Part shown: positions 18,946-29,793 of the stretch, piece after piece
How positions within the stretch are numbered: the stretch's first letter is position 1
How the letters are laid out: each line of letters begins with the position of its first letter
Virus record (IMG/VR): IMGVR_UViG_3300023210_002494
Reading direction: 5' to 3' (one strand)
DNA: 64,000 nt
Origin: an uncultured virus (IMG/VR IMGVR_UViG_3300023210_002494)
Lineage: Duplodnaviria > Heunggongvirae > Uroviricota > Caudoviricetes
Position numbers and translations under genes: made by a program
Notes under the pieces: model-generated
Seen by the model: only the letters and a program-made list of their open reading frames with translations
Database searches by the model: none
Told to the model about the DNA's origin: nothing

Positions 18946-21900
18946 ATGGCTAGTAACAGATTTAGATACCCACCAGCACCAGGACACGGAGGAGATACCT
19001 TTAGTGATAACCTAGTTGGTAATCAAATTACTGATGGTTCATCACAAATGACCATGGGCAATTTTTCTATTAATCAAGAATATACAAGAAGCTTAGCCAC
19101 ACCCCAAAAACTAGAAGGATTTTCACATCCTATAACACTAGAGTCTTTAGATTTTGATGACCTAAAGACTGCAGAAGCTTTTACAAAAAATAATTTTCAA
19201 GTATACATTAACACTGATAGTAGTAATATAGCTGAATTAGTATTGTATGGTTCTTTGAAAAAAAGACTTAGTGTTTCTACACAAAACATAATTAACTTTT
19301 TTCCAGCAGCTTTATTTGCTGATGGTGTAAATTCTTTAAATGCGAGTGGTAATACAACAGCTTACAATATAAATTATAATATAGGTACAGACCAAACAAC
19401 TTTTAATATTAGTGTTGACCACATATCAAATCCATTTGTGATAGAATTTACTACAAATGGTGAGTTATTGAATAGCCCTATTAGTAAGGAACAAATATTA
19501 AATAATTTAGAGATGTTTGGTTATGGTTCTGACACATTAATTAAAGTGGCAGATGGAACAATATCTAAATTAAGAAATTTAACTACAGAATATAAAAACT
19601 ATGTTCTAACAATGGGAAGTGAAATAAATGCTATAGAATATAAGTTAGTAGATTTTAAACCCCAAACAACAACAACAGGATTTCTAACTTTTACTGTTGA
19701 AGGTAACCCATTTATAAATAATACTAGTACTACAGATAAATTTTTTATAAAACCAAATAGTATAGAAAGTAACAATGTATTTAAAAACTTTGACTATGTA
19801 GATAGGTTTTTAATGAATAGAGACGTGGTACCAGAATACACAGCCAACTTCAAACTAATAAAAGAGTCTACAGCTGGTGGCACCTACTACAGTAATACAT
19901 TAGTAACTTGGCCTAAACAAGATGGTATTAACCTGGACATAACCAGCAGTGCCTACACCAACTATCTAACTCAACTTGCTGATTTAGGTACTGAACTAGA
20001 TACACAAAAAACTAATCTAGTTTCTAGATTTTTAACTTCTCCAGTTCTTAAAGAATTTGATACTGTTGACCGAAAAATAGAAAAAACCCTACAAGTATAT
20101 GGTAGAAGTTTTGATGATATTAAAACTTTTGTAGATGGGATAGCTTACATGACTAATGTAACATATGATAGTAAAAACAATATACCTAACGAACTAATTA
20201 AAAATTTCGCTAGAACATTAGGTTGGTCAACACCCAGCACTCTTAATAATAATACTTTTTTAAATAATATTTTAGGGACTACAGTACCCCAGTATTCTGG
20301 TAGTAGTATTAGTAAAACACCAGCAGAGCTAGATATTGAGTTATATAGAAGAATATTACTTAATACTGGTTATCTATTCAAATCCAAAGGTACAAGAAAA
20401 TCCATAGAGTTTATGTTAGGTTTATTAGGTGCACCGGAGGCGTTAGTAGAATTTAATGAGTATGTTGTTTTAGCAGATGCAAAAATAAATCTTAATAAAT
20501 ATTATAATGCTTGGGAACATGTTTCTGGTGGAGCGTACACCACTAAAGTAATTAAATATAGTGTACCATTTTCTTCTTTTACTTATGTGACTGGCACAAC
20601 AGAAAATCCATTTATACACGAAGATTACCCATTAGATAGTGACGGATACCCAAAAGTACCTAGGGTAACAAATAACTTCTTTTTCCAGAGAGGAGCTGGT
20701 TGGTTTGAAAGGACTGAAGAACATAAATCAGAATTAATTATAAACCAAGAACAATCCACACTAAGTGGTTGTAGCCCTAGTATTGTAACTAAATTTAATA
20801 ACTTTACATGGGGTGGATTTTGGGGTACAGGAGCACTTTCTAACGACCCTAAAGCACCTTATCTAGATAGATTTAGAAGATTCCCACACATGTACTTTGG
20901 TTTTGGGTTAAAAAGGGTAATAGACGATAAAAAATCCTGGATAGAAATAGGTCAAGACATATATAGACCAGATTTACAACCAGACATGGGAATGTTTAGT
21001 TTAGGTACTGGTAACCCACAAACTTTTAAAAATAATGTTTTTCATGACACTTGTGGTGCACTAGAAAGAAGAAAAGAAAAATTAATAAACAAGTTTGAAG
21101 AGTTAACGGCGGCGGGAACAAACCCACTTTGGAGAAAATTCCTTATAGGTAGAATTAGATATGTTGAAATGTTTCAAAAAAACAGATGTTTTACTGAAGA
21201 CGAAACAAGGCAATATAGTTTTAATGATAGGTATTGGAGAAGTGCCTACTACCAAACAAGTAACGAAAAACTAGTTTTAAACGTTAAAAATGTTGATTTA
21301 AATTTAAATATAGGACAGGGATTAACGTATGATGTTTGGAGACAATCTAGTTTATATAACTGTATGTTTAGTGGTGGTACTTTACCACCACCGTATCCAT
21401 CTAGTGGTGGTACGTGGGATTCTACTAACCCACAAATTAATGCTAAAAAATTAGATTTTAAATTATTTAAAGATAATTTCTGGAAATATTTTATTGATGT
21501 TAAGAATAGAATGACAATAAATGATGGTAAAACTGGTGGTTATCCAGTATTACAACAAATGTATTTAGATTATTTAAAGATTAGTTGTGGTACTAATAAT
21601 CAGTATACGTACACTAAAATGGTTGATTATGCTCAGTCAATGGGAGATTACTGGATAAAAATTATTGAACAAATGATGCCAGCAACCACACTTTGGACTA
21701 GTGGGGTTAAAGTAGAAAATTCTGATTTTCATAGAGACAAATTTGTGTATAGATGTTATTCTATGTCAGGAACGCCGTATAGTTCCGGTTACACAACCAA
21801 CTTCACAGTTAACCCAACAGGGTACACTTCTTTTCCAGCACCACAGTTCCAAGCAAGGATGATGAGTTTTAATGCTCCACCAGTAGCACCACAAAGAAAT

Positions 21901-22356
21901 ACACTTTACTACAATAATATTATAACTGGAAATACGACAAACCCACTCTCCACATATGCTTCCGCGTACGATATAGACCATAACTCGATTATTTCAGGAA
22001 GTGAAATAATAACTGAAGAAACAAAAATACTAGCAAAAGAATTTAATAGTAACAAAAGAGAATTCACCTCACAAGCAATCTTTACAAAACAAGGAAGTAC
22101 AGATAATATTTTATGTGTGTATGGGTTAAAAGATTTTGGGGTAAATGGGATAAAAAACCTAGGTTGGTTAAGTACATACAACTTAAACAGTGGGGACTCA
22201 ACAGCAACAATTTTAACCAACCCAACTAATACTACACCAAGAGGGGGTGGTGTGTCTACAACTACAAGTACTAATATGGGAAGTGGTGGGTATTCTAGTG
22301 GTGGAATGTCATCAGGTGGTGGAGGAACATCATCAGGTGGTGGAGGTGGTTACTAA
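18946..22356 (+). CDS. Large baseplate protein (gp7 / tail protein I-like motif)
   Basis: LIKNFARTLGW...LYRRILLNTGYLFKSKGTRKSIEFML motif; Gly-rich C-terminal tail. Confidence 0.6.
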   Translation: MASNRFRYPPAPGHGGDTFSDNLVGNQITDGSSQMTMGNFSINQEYTRSLATPQKLEGFSHPITLESLDFDDLKTAEAFTKNNFQVYINTDSSNIAELVLYGSLKKRLSVSTQNIINFFPAALFADGVNSLNASGNTTAYNINYNIGTDQTTFNISVDHISNPFVIEFTTNGELLNSPISKEQILNNLEMFGYGSDTLIKVADGTISKLRNLTTEYKNYVLTMGSEINAIEYKLVDFKPQTTTTGFLTFTVEGNPFINNTSTTDKFFIKPNSIESNNVFKNFDYVDRFLMNRDVVPEYTANFKLIKESTAGGTYYSNTLVTWPKQDGINLDITSSAYTNYLTQLADLGTELDTQKTNLVSRFLTSPVLKEFDTVDRKIEKTLQVYGRSFDDIKTFVDGIAYMTNVTYDSKNNIPNELIKNFARTLGWSTPSTLNNNTFLNNILGTTVPQYSGSSISKTPAELDIELYRRILLNTGYLFKSKGTRKSIEFMLGLLGAPEALVEFNEYVVLADAKINLNKYYNAWEHVSGGAYTTKVIKYSVPFSSFTYVTGTTENPFIHEDYPLDSDGYPKVPRVTNNFFFQRGAGWFERTEEHKSELIINQEQSTLSGCSPSIVTKFNNFTWGGFWGTGALSNDPKAPYLDRFRRFPHMYFGFGLKRVIDDKKSWIEIGQDIYRPDLQPDMGMFSLGTGNPQTFKNNVFHDTCGALERRKEKLINKFEELTAAGTNPLWRKFLIGRIRYVEMFQKNRCFTEDETRQYSFNDRYWRSAYYQTSNEKLVLNVKNVDLNLNIGQGLTYDVWRQSSLYNCMFSGGTLPPPYPSSGGTWDSTNPQINAKKLDFKLFKDNFWKYFIDVKNRMTINDGKTGGYPVLQQMYLDYLKISCGTNNQYTYTKMVDYAQSMGDYWIKIIEQMMPATTLWTSGVKVENSDFHRDKFVYRCYSMSGTPYSSGYTTNFTVNPTGYTSFPAPQFQARMMSFNAPPVAPQRNTLYYNNIITGNTTNPLSTYASAYDIDHNSIISGSEIITEETKILAKEFNSNKREFTSQAIFTKQGSTDNILCVYGLKDFGVNGIKNLGWLSTYNLNSGDSTATILTNPTNTTPRGGGVSTTTSTNMGSGGYSSGGMSSGGGGTSSGGGGGY
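22240..22353 (+). repeat. Low-complexity Gly/Ser coding tail with duplicated CATCAGGTGGTGGAGG
   Basis: Encodes ...SSGGMSSGGGGTSSGGGGGY. Confidence 0.7.
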
Positions 22357-22367
22357 AAAATATTATT

Positions 22368-25300
22368 ATGGAAAAAGTATATAGAACAAAAATAGATTTA
22401 AGAGTTTTAGGTGACGAAATAAAATTTAGTTTTTTTATTTCAGGTAATATTATAGGTGGACTAAACCAACAACAAACACTAAAAAAAAGACATTCATTTA
22501 ATTTTACATATAAAACCATTTACCCAGTAGATGTAATTGTAAAAGTAGAAAATAATATACAAAGAACATTTTTATATTTTGATGAAAAATTACTAGAGTT
22601 TAATAATTTTAACAACCTAGTCACATTATCCAGAACACCACTAATATTAGAAATATTTAAAAACTCAAAAGGTAATCTAGGGTTTGAAAAGATTAATGGT
22701 TCACTAGCAGGAGCTTTTCTAAGTCACCAAAATTACTTTAGTAATAGTGATAATGAAGGTAGTATAAAACCTTTTGGTAAAATTATTGGTGGTAAAGCTC
22801 ACGCAATTCAAATGATGTTACCTGGAATTAGACTAAGAAAAAATACAATAAAAACCATTTCTTTTGATATGGATATTTTTATTGAAAAATGTGAACAATA
22901 CGTACATTCAGTAGGTTTTAAAATAAATTTAGATAAAGAAGGTATAATAAAGGGAAATGTTATAACAATTAACCCAGTAAAACAAGTTACAACACAACCA
23001 ACAAACGTAAAACTAGAAACTACTTACCTAACTTTAAAACCTAAAGATTTAGCAGATAGGGAAATAATGTACGATTATAAAAATCAATTAACACCCCAGA
23101 ACTGTGAACCAGAAACATTAGAGTTATTAAGTAGTAATGTCTATACAGTAGAGAATCCATTAGATACAAATGTGGACTTAACAGATGTAAATTTACCAGT
23201 AAACAATAACATTCAAATACCCTATAACATATCTAGGTATGTTGAGGATAACGAAATAAAAGAAAGTCATAAAATTTTTAAAAATGGAAAATACATTTAC
23301 CCATTAAACTGGGTAAATGAAATGCAAAATAATGAAGTTTTTAGTAATGCAGATACATGTTACTCCTTAAAATTTGCCACAAAAACCCAGTTAGAATCAT
23401 TTACAGAAAAATTAAAAAGTCAACAGATAGGTAATATTGAAACTTACTTTGCCACTAACAGTAGTGGAAGACCAGAAGTAAAACCTAGAACATATTCCAG
23501 GTTATCACAATGGATAGAAAGAAGTAGTCTAAATACATTCAACGACGTTAGGTTTAGCTACAACACTTATGGTAATATAAACACAATAATAATATGTCCT
23601 AATAAAGAATGTATTGTAGGACCAGAAAAAATTGGTTCTGAAAAAGGTTTGTATACGGACGGTAATGAATATACTTTACCTAGTGGTGAAAGTTATATTG
23701 GGTATTATCATGTACACCCAGAAAAAGGAGCAATGGTCGGTGCTAACCACAGTGACCAAGCTCATGATGTCCTAAAACCCCTATATACTATAGCACCTAT
23801 CAGTGCAAACTCAATAAACGATTTTTGTTTTTCTACTTATGGTAAAAAAGATGCTTCAGAAGTTTATAGTGGTTTTACCATAACAACGGGGGATAGTAAT
23901 GAAAGTAATAAAACATATGATATACAATTAAGTGCTGCTTCATTTTCAGCTAAAACCGTAGTACCAATTAGTAATATAGAAACTAAAACAAAAATGGGGT
24001 TAATAGACGACGCAACTCTACAATATAGACCTTACACTTTTAGTGAGGCATATGGTCGTAATAACGGAACTTTAATCTTTAATGAATCAGATACAGATAA
24101 TTATTTAACTTACTCAGCTATAACTAGTGGGGTTTATAGATTTAGTTATAAAGCGTTTCTAAATATAGAGTATACAGATACACAGTGGTGTCAATATCTA
24201 GAAACAGCATATCCATCAGCTTTTACTCAAACCTACCCAAGTAACGACTACGAAATTAAAAGGTTAATAAATACCTCTATAATACAAGCAGGTATGGGTG
24301 AAAAAGAAACTGTAGCTATTGATAGTAATTTTGTTTATAACGCTGGTGAAAAATATAGAGATTGTTATTCTGGTAGAGAAAAAGATATATGTGGTGACGT
24401 ACCGGCAAATACAGGTATAATAAATTTTAATTTTAAAGCTTCTATAGTAAAAGGTTCGTCAACAGGAGGGACGGGTACTACACTATCACAATTTAACGTT
24501 GTTAGAAGTAGAGAAAGTGATGGTTTTGCTAATGAATATTTAACTTTAAATGTAGACAATAATGATTTAACAACTAGTGGTATGAATAGTTGTGTGTTAA
24601 GCTCAATGACATCTTCTACAATATTTCACAAACAAATTCCAGTCACATTAGATACTGGTTTTATAAATCTTATTAGTGGACAAACCATACAACTAAAATA
24701 TGAAACTGATTGGACCACCACATCTAAAGGTGGATTTTATGATTTAAGTGGTGGTGCTACAGCTCTTCGTGTAAATTTAGGTCATAAATTAGATATGAGT
24801 GGAAGGACTCTAGAATCACCTTATTATAGAGGTGTGAAAGCTTCTACTAGTATAGTGGATAAAAAACTATTTTTTGATTCCACTAAAAAATCATTACCTT
24901 TTGAATTAAAAACTGGTGGTGCCACTAAAACTGTAAGACTTGACGGTACTTTATATTTGTCAGATAGTGAATGTGGTAATATAAAAATACCTTATGTAGA
25001 CAATAGTACTTTTAATAAATTAACATTTTTAGATAGTACAGCACCTGACAGTAAGTTAGTTTGGGACGTATCCGTTAAAAAACCAACAAACGATTGGCAA
25101 AGAATGGTAGAATCCAATACAATAAAAGATTATGTACTAAGTACCAAATCTAATTATCAGATGACCTCCATGAAAGATAACGGAGTATTTTGTTTCTACA
25201 TACCAACCTACAATAGTGACGAATACGGGGGTAAATGTGACTTTAATTTCCCACAACTTACCCAATCATACATTGTACATAACAAATTTAAAAATTATTA

Positions 25301-26201
25301 CGGTAATGTGTTAGAACATTTTATTGTTGTTACGCCTGATTGTGGTTTTCACAAACCATGTTCTGGAACAAAACCAAAATCTACTTATGATATAATACAT
25401 AAAACTACACCAGCTGATTGGAAAGTTGTTAACCTAAACAGGAAATTAAATATAAAAGGAAAAGAAGTTAATATAGTATCAGCTTTTTCACATTATAACC
25501 CAGAACCAGAGACTTTAGCGTCAAAAACAAAATGTAGTTATTATTGTAAGTGTGGTCAGGAATTGGCTTCAACATTAAAATTAGACCCAATATATGGTAT
25601 AACTAATATATTTAAAGATTTAGAAACTAATGAATGTGGTGATTGTTTAGAAAAAGCACAAGATTATTGTTTTTCTTTGAATAGTAAATGTGAGGCCAAA
25701 CTAGTTGGTGATTGTGTAGAAGAAAATATATACACACAACAAGTAATAAATAACCTAAATCCAAGAATTACACCATACACTTCTAACCTATATGTTACTA
25801 CAACAGGTGAACCTGAACCTGGTGGTAAACCTCGTGGTGGTGGAGGAGGAATAGAACCTTCAAATGGTGGAGAACCAAGAGGTGGGTTGGGTAACCCAAC
25901 AAGGCCAACCGCAGCACAAACCAGATACTCCTGTAAAGATGGTTTATGTTTCCAAGACCCAAAAGGTACTTACACAACTTTTGAAGAATGTGTAGAACAA
26001 TGTAATACTGTAATAGTACAACCACCTGACGGACCAGTAGATAACCCAAGTATAGAGAATGAAACTACAGAAGAAACAAGAGATGGTGGTAAATATGATG
26101 GACCAACTGAAGTAATAAAAGAAGGATTGTGTCGTACTGGTTACTACTGGTGTGAAAGTGTTGGTAGATGCATAAGTGACAGAGAACCTTGTAAAAAATA
26201 A
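22368..26201 (+). CDS. Large modular structural protein with C-terminal Pro/Gly linker and Cys modules
   Basis: 1277 aa; YTDGNEY..YIGYYHVH module; RYSCKDGLC..YTTFEECVEQC; GYYWCESVGRCI. Confidence 0.6.
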   Translation: MEKVYRTKIDLRVLGDEIKFSFFISGNIIGGLNQQQTLKKRHSFNFTYKTIYPVDVIVKVENNIQRTFLYFDEKLLEFNNFNNLVTLSRTPLILEIFKNSKGNLGFEKINGSLAGAFLSHQNYFSNSDNEGSIKPFGKIIGGKAHAIQMMLPGIRLRKNTIKTISFDMDIFIEKCEQYVHSVGFKINLDKEGIIKGNVITINPVKQVTTQPTNVKLETTYLTLKPKDLADREIMYDYKNQLTPQNCEPETLELLSSNVYTVENPLDTNVDLTDVNLPVNNNIQIPYNISRYVEDNEIKESHKIFKNGKYIYPLNWVNEMQNNEVFSNADTCYSLKFATKTQLESFTEKLKSQQIGNIETYFATNSSGRPEVKPRTYSRLSQWIERSSLNTFNDVRFSYNTYGNINTIIICPNKECIVGPEKIGSEKGLYTDGNEYTLPSGESYIGYYHVHPEKGAMVGANHSDQAHDVLKPLYTIAPISANSINDFCFSTYGKKDASEVYSGFTITTGDSNESNKTYDIQLSAASFSAKTVVPISNIETKTKMGLIDDATLQYRPYTFSEAYGRNNGTLIFNESDTDNYLTYSAITSGVYRFSYKAFLNIEYTDTQWCQYLETAYPSAFTQTYPSNDYEIKRLINTSIIQAGMGEKETVAIDSNFVYNAGEKYRDCYSGREKDICGDVPANTGIINFNFKASIVKGSSTGGTGTTLSQFNVVRSRESDGFANEYLTLNVDNNDLTTSGMNSCVLSSMTSSTIFHKQIPVTLDTGFINLISGQTIQLKYETDWTTTSKGGFYDLSGGATALRVNLGHKLDMSGRTLESPYYRGVKASTSIVDKKLFFDSTKKSLPFELKTGGATKTVRLDGTLYLSDSECGNIKIPYVDNSTFNKLTFLDSTAPDSKLVWDVSVKKPTNDWQRMVESNTIKDYVLSTKSNYQMTSMKDNGVFCFYIPTYNSDEYGGKCDFNFPQLTQSYIVHNKFKNYYGNVLEHFIVVTPDCGFHKPCSGTKPKSTYDIIHKTTPADWKVVNLNRKLNIKGKEVNIVSAFSHYNPEPETLASKTKCSYYCKCGQELASTLKLDPIYGITNIFKDLETNECGDCLEKAQDYCFSLNSKCEAKLVGDCVEENIYTQQVINNLNPRITPYTSNLYVTTTGEPEPGGKPRGGGGGIEPSNGGEPRGGLGNPTRPTAAQTRYSCKDGLCFQDPKGTYTTFEECVEQCNTVIVQPPDGPVDNPSIENETTEETRDGGKYDGPTEVIKEGLCRTGYYWCESVGRCISDREPCKK

Positions 26202-26209
26202 ATTAAGAT

Positions 26210-29200
26210 ATGGCAATAGCAACATCAAATGGAAATATAAATTTAATCAACTATAATGTAGAACATACATTAAGTGGTAAATGTGATGGACAAATTTGGT
26301 CTGTTGATGTTTCTGGTAGTACTAATACCAGAGCACCATATACGGTTAGTTGGTCAGGTAGTAGTGATAGTTACACAGCATCCACATTCGATATCATAAA
26401 CTTATGTGAAGGGTGGTACGAGGCCACAATCACAGACTCAATAGGGAATACAGGAAGTACTCAACTACAAATAAGTGGGTTTACAGTACCAACTATAGTG
26501 GCTAATTTAAGTAATAATAACTGTGTGTTGGATACTAATAAATTGGGAGAAATTAGTGTTACAACATCTAAAACAGAAACATCTAGTTTTAGATATGAAT
26601 TAGTTAAAAACGGTAGTGTTGTAAAAACACATTATGGTACCACCGCTGACACAACACACACATTTACTGAAATAAGTAATGGGATTTATACTATTAGTGT
26701 TATAGAAGATAGACCTATGAATACTAATATAATAGTTGACAATAGTGGTTGTACACCATATAACTATAATGACGGTAATAACGGTATGAGTACGGCTGGG
26801 TGGAATCTAAATACACTATCAGCAGCTACTATAGGTGATATATATGGTTCTATTAGTTGGACTCCGTATATACCTAACGCACCTTACGATATGCCTTTTA
26901 CTGCTGGTTGGGGACCAGCACCTTTAACTGGGATGCAATTTTATGATACTGGGTTAGGTTTAGATGGTAAAGTTTACAGCAATAACCCATATGTGTGGTT
27001 TTATACTGGTACAACAGATAGTAGGATGACAGATACTAGTACTGATTGGTATTTGGGTGAATCAGCGATAGATATGACGGAAGGTGGGAACTTAGGTCCA
27101 GTAACACTCGCAGCAACAGTTGCAAATATTGGAAAATTCTACTACAACACAATAATTCAAAAATACCTATATTGGTGGCCAGCACAAGGAGCTGGTTTTG
27201 CTTGGCGAACACTAGACCCTAGACAAAATTATGGTATATACGGTAACCCAGTAGCGGTTAGTGGTTTAACAGGTACATCTTATGGTGTAACAATAGAAGA
27301 TGTTAGTTCTAGTGATTACTCAGTTAATTCGGGTGGTACAGTAGCTGTTGGGACAGGAATAGTTTTAGAAGGTGGTTCATCACAACTTTATGCTACTAGT
27401 GGAAATATTAGTGGGATTGTGGGTAAACAAAGTTTATGTTCGTACTACAATTACACTTGGGAACTTACATTTAGGAGTGGGGCCGCTGATAATGATAGTA
27501 TCGCTATTAGTTTAGCTTCTTTTAGGGACGATACGGGTAAATACGGACCAACAGGGGTAACACATACACTAGATTTACTCTTTAATGGTAACGCGGGGAC
27601 AGCTACAATTTCTAATAACAGTGGTGCTGACGCGTACGCATTTAATAGATATGACACACCTAATTTTAGAAATTGTAACGGTGGGTGTAGTGGTTCAGAA
27701 ACAACTAATTATGGTATAACCACTGTATTGAGTAACACAACAAGTAAAACACCATTTACTAGTGGTACTAATTGGTCTGATATGGGAGCAACTAGGGTTA
27801 AAATAAATAGATATGGTAATTTTGGTGAATTTTTTACAATTAACTTTACCGATACTATGGCTAACTCTTCAGGGGGTGCGATAACAAAAGGAAATGGTGA
27901 TACAAATCCATATAACGCAACTTACACTATAGATTTTAATTTACTAGATAAAAGTACCTGGGTTGGAGATAACTCCTCAGCTCCTTATTGGATAGATAAT
28001 TACGCTTTATGTAAATACTTGGGTTCTAGGAGAGTTGGTTTTTGGAGTAGTTCACAAGATGATACTAGATTTTACCATATGCAATTTAGTGGTGGCTCTT
28101 TTAATGAGTATTTAGAAGGCCCTATATGTGGTGTAGACGATGGACCAACAACCACCATAGGTATAACTGCTAGTACGGCAACTACAGTAAACACAACCAA
28201 CACTAAATGCACACCAAAATATACTACCACACAAAAAGGTGTACCACATGTTAGACCAACGGTAAATGTTACATTACAAGAAATGCCTAACCCGTCAGTA
28301 ACAATTAACGGTTTAAGTAGAGCAACAACAAAAGTTACAACTCAACTAGGTGGTAAACCAGCATTAGACGTATATAATTTAGGTATTAATAAAGGAAAAA
28401 ATATACAATTTTATTTTGGTGGAAATAACCAAGACCTAGTTTTTGAAAATCTTTACCCCAAATTTAGAGTTTATCCATATATATTTGAGACTGAGGAGGT
28501 AGCACCACTAGCGGACTACGAAGCGATATTTGATACTATGCCAGCATACATGGACCCAAACCTTAAATCACTAGTATATAGTGCTGAAACATTTATGCCG
28601 TTATCTGGTTTATCAACAAACACATCTTGGGAATTTATAATACGTCCTAGTTATCTATATAAAGATAAAAAATCGGTAAACGATATTTGGTTAGATACAG
28701 CACAATACCCGACATCAAGTAGTATTGATGGGAACAAAGATTTTTATATGGTTATAGTACAAAACCCACCAGTACCTCAGTTATATTTAAATAGTTTTGA
28801 TGTACCATCGGTTGGTAGCCCAATATTAAGAATTGAAAACTACACATTAGTAAGCGGGTCTGGTGATATACCAGATACTACAGCAACAACATATTCTTCA
28901 GCTACATTCTATTATACATTACAATCACGAATAGCTAGTAGACCAATTGTAACAGTAAACGGTATAACTTTAAAAGAAGGAATAAGTGGTACAACAGCAC
29001 CTTCTGGTTATGAAGTTGGGGGTGCTTCGTATGGTGATTATGGTGATTATAGATTTAATGAAACTACTAGAAGTGTAATATTTCATCCAGAAACTGTTCA
29101 GGTTGGTGATAATTTACAATTTATGTATGACGCAAATGGTGGTGGATATGCACAATCTATAGAAATACCAGAAACTGTAACCACAACAAAAACGGAAAGT

Positions 29201-29743
29201 ATATATAGTGAAAATGGATACTACTACCTTAATTTAGAAAGACAATCATTAGGGGCGGTTAGTATGGCGATAAACGGGGTAACACAGTTCCAAGACAAAG
29301 ATTATGTGAAAAGTGGTGATATGTCAGTACAATTACTGAATGACATTACTACTTATAATAGTGGTGATACAATAACACTATTTTACAAAACAATTTACCA
29401 AGTAATATCAACACCAGTAACCAAAGAACCAAAAATTCCAATTCAATACATTAAAGACAACAATCTAGTAGAAGAAATAATCGTAAGATTATTTGATTCT
29501 TTAGGTAATAAAGTACAAGAATTAATAGAAAAAATTGACGTTGATGTATCCGGTAACATCTCAAGAGAAGTCACCTTATTACCACCAAGACCAGATACTT
29601 ATTATTACTATGTATTAATAAAAAGATACTACCCATTAATTGGTAGGCAAACGATAACAACAGAAGCACAAACAGACACAGTTAACTTTATAATGGATAG
29701 AAATGTATTTTATTCACGTAATGTACAACAAGGGTCCCTATAA
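26210..29743 (+). CDS. Tail-associated protein with N-terminal SprB-like repeats
   Basis: CDGQI..VSG..APYTVSWSG..IINLCEGWYEATITDSIG; C-terminal IVTVNGITL..DY and AINGVTQ..DY repeats typical of tail proteins. Confidence 0.65.
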   Translation: MAIATSNGNINLINYNVEHTLSGKCDGQIWSVDVSGSTNTRAPYTVSWSGSSDSYTASTFDIINLCEGWYEATITDSIGNTGSTQLQISGFTVPTIVANLSNNNCVLDTNKLGEISVTTSKTETSSFRYELVKNGSVVKTHYGTTADTTHTFTEISNGIYTISVIEDRPMNTNIIVDNSGCTPYNYNDGNNGMSTAGWNLNTLSAATIGDIYGSISWTPYIPNAPYDMPFTAGWGPAPLTGMQFYDTGLGLDGKVYSNNPYVWFYTGTTDSRMTDTSTDWYLGESAIDMTEGGNLGPVTLAATVANIGKFYYNTIIQKYLYWWPAQGAGFAWRTLDPRQNYGIYGNPVAVSGLTGTSYGVTIEDVSSSDYSVNSGGTVAVGTGIVLEGGSSQLYATSGNISGIVGKQSLCSYYNYTWELTFRSGAADNDSIAISLASFRDDTGKYGPTGVTHTLDLLFNGNAGTATISNNSGADAYAFNRYDTPNFRNCNGGCSGSETTNYGITTVLSNTTSKTPFTSGTNWSDMGATRVKINRYGNFGEFFTINFTDTMANSSGGAITKGNGDTNPYNATYTIDFNLLDKSTWVGDNSSAPYWIDNYALCKYLGSRRVGFWSSSQDDTRFYHMQFSGGSFNEYLEGPICGVDDGPTTTIGITASTATTVNTTNTKCTPKYTTTQKGVPHVRPTVNVTLQEMPNPSVTINGLSRATTKVTTQLGGKPALDVYNLGINKGKNIQFYFGGNNQDLVFENLYPKFRVYPYIFETEEVAPLADYEAIFDTMPAYMDPNLKSLVYSAETFMPLSGLSTNTSWEFIIRPSYLYKDKKSVNDIWLDTAQYPTSSSIDGNKDFYMVIVQNPPVPQLYLNSFDVPSVGSPILRIENYTLVSGSGDIPDTTATTYSSATFYYTLQSRIASRPIVTVNGITLKEGISGTTAPSGYEVGGASYGDYGDYRFNETTRSVIFHPETVQVGDNLQFMYDANGGGYAQSIEIPETVTTTKTESIYSENGYYYLNLERQSLGAVSMAINGVTQFQDKDYVKSGDMSVQLLNDITTYNSGDTITLFYKTIYQVISTPVTKEPKIPIQYIKDNNLVEEIIVRLFDSLGNKVQELIEKIDVDVSGNISREVTLLPPRPDTYYYYVLIKRYYPLIGRQTITTEAQTDTVNFIMDRNVFYSRNVQQGSL

Positions 29744-29769
29744 TAAATGAAACAAATTAAAATAAATGG

Positions 29770-29791
29770 TATTTATCATTAAAGACAAAAA
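29770..29791 (+). promoter_or_regulatory. Putative late promoter plus leader TATTTATCATTAAAGACAAAAA
   Basis: 21 of 22 nt identical to 47669-47690. Confidence 0.65.
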
Positions 29792-29793
29792 TT

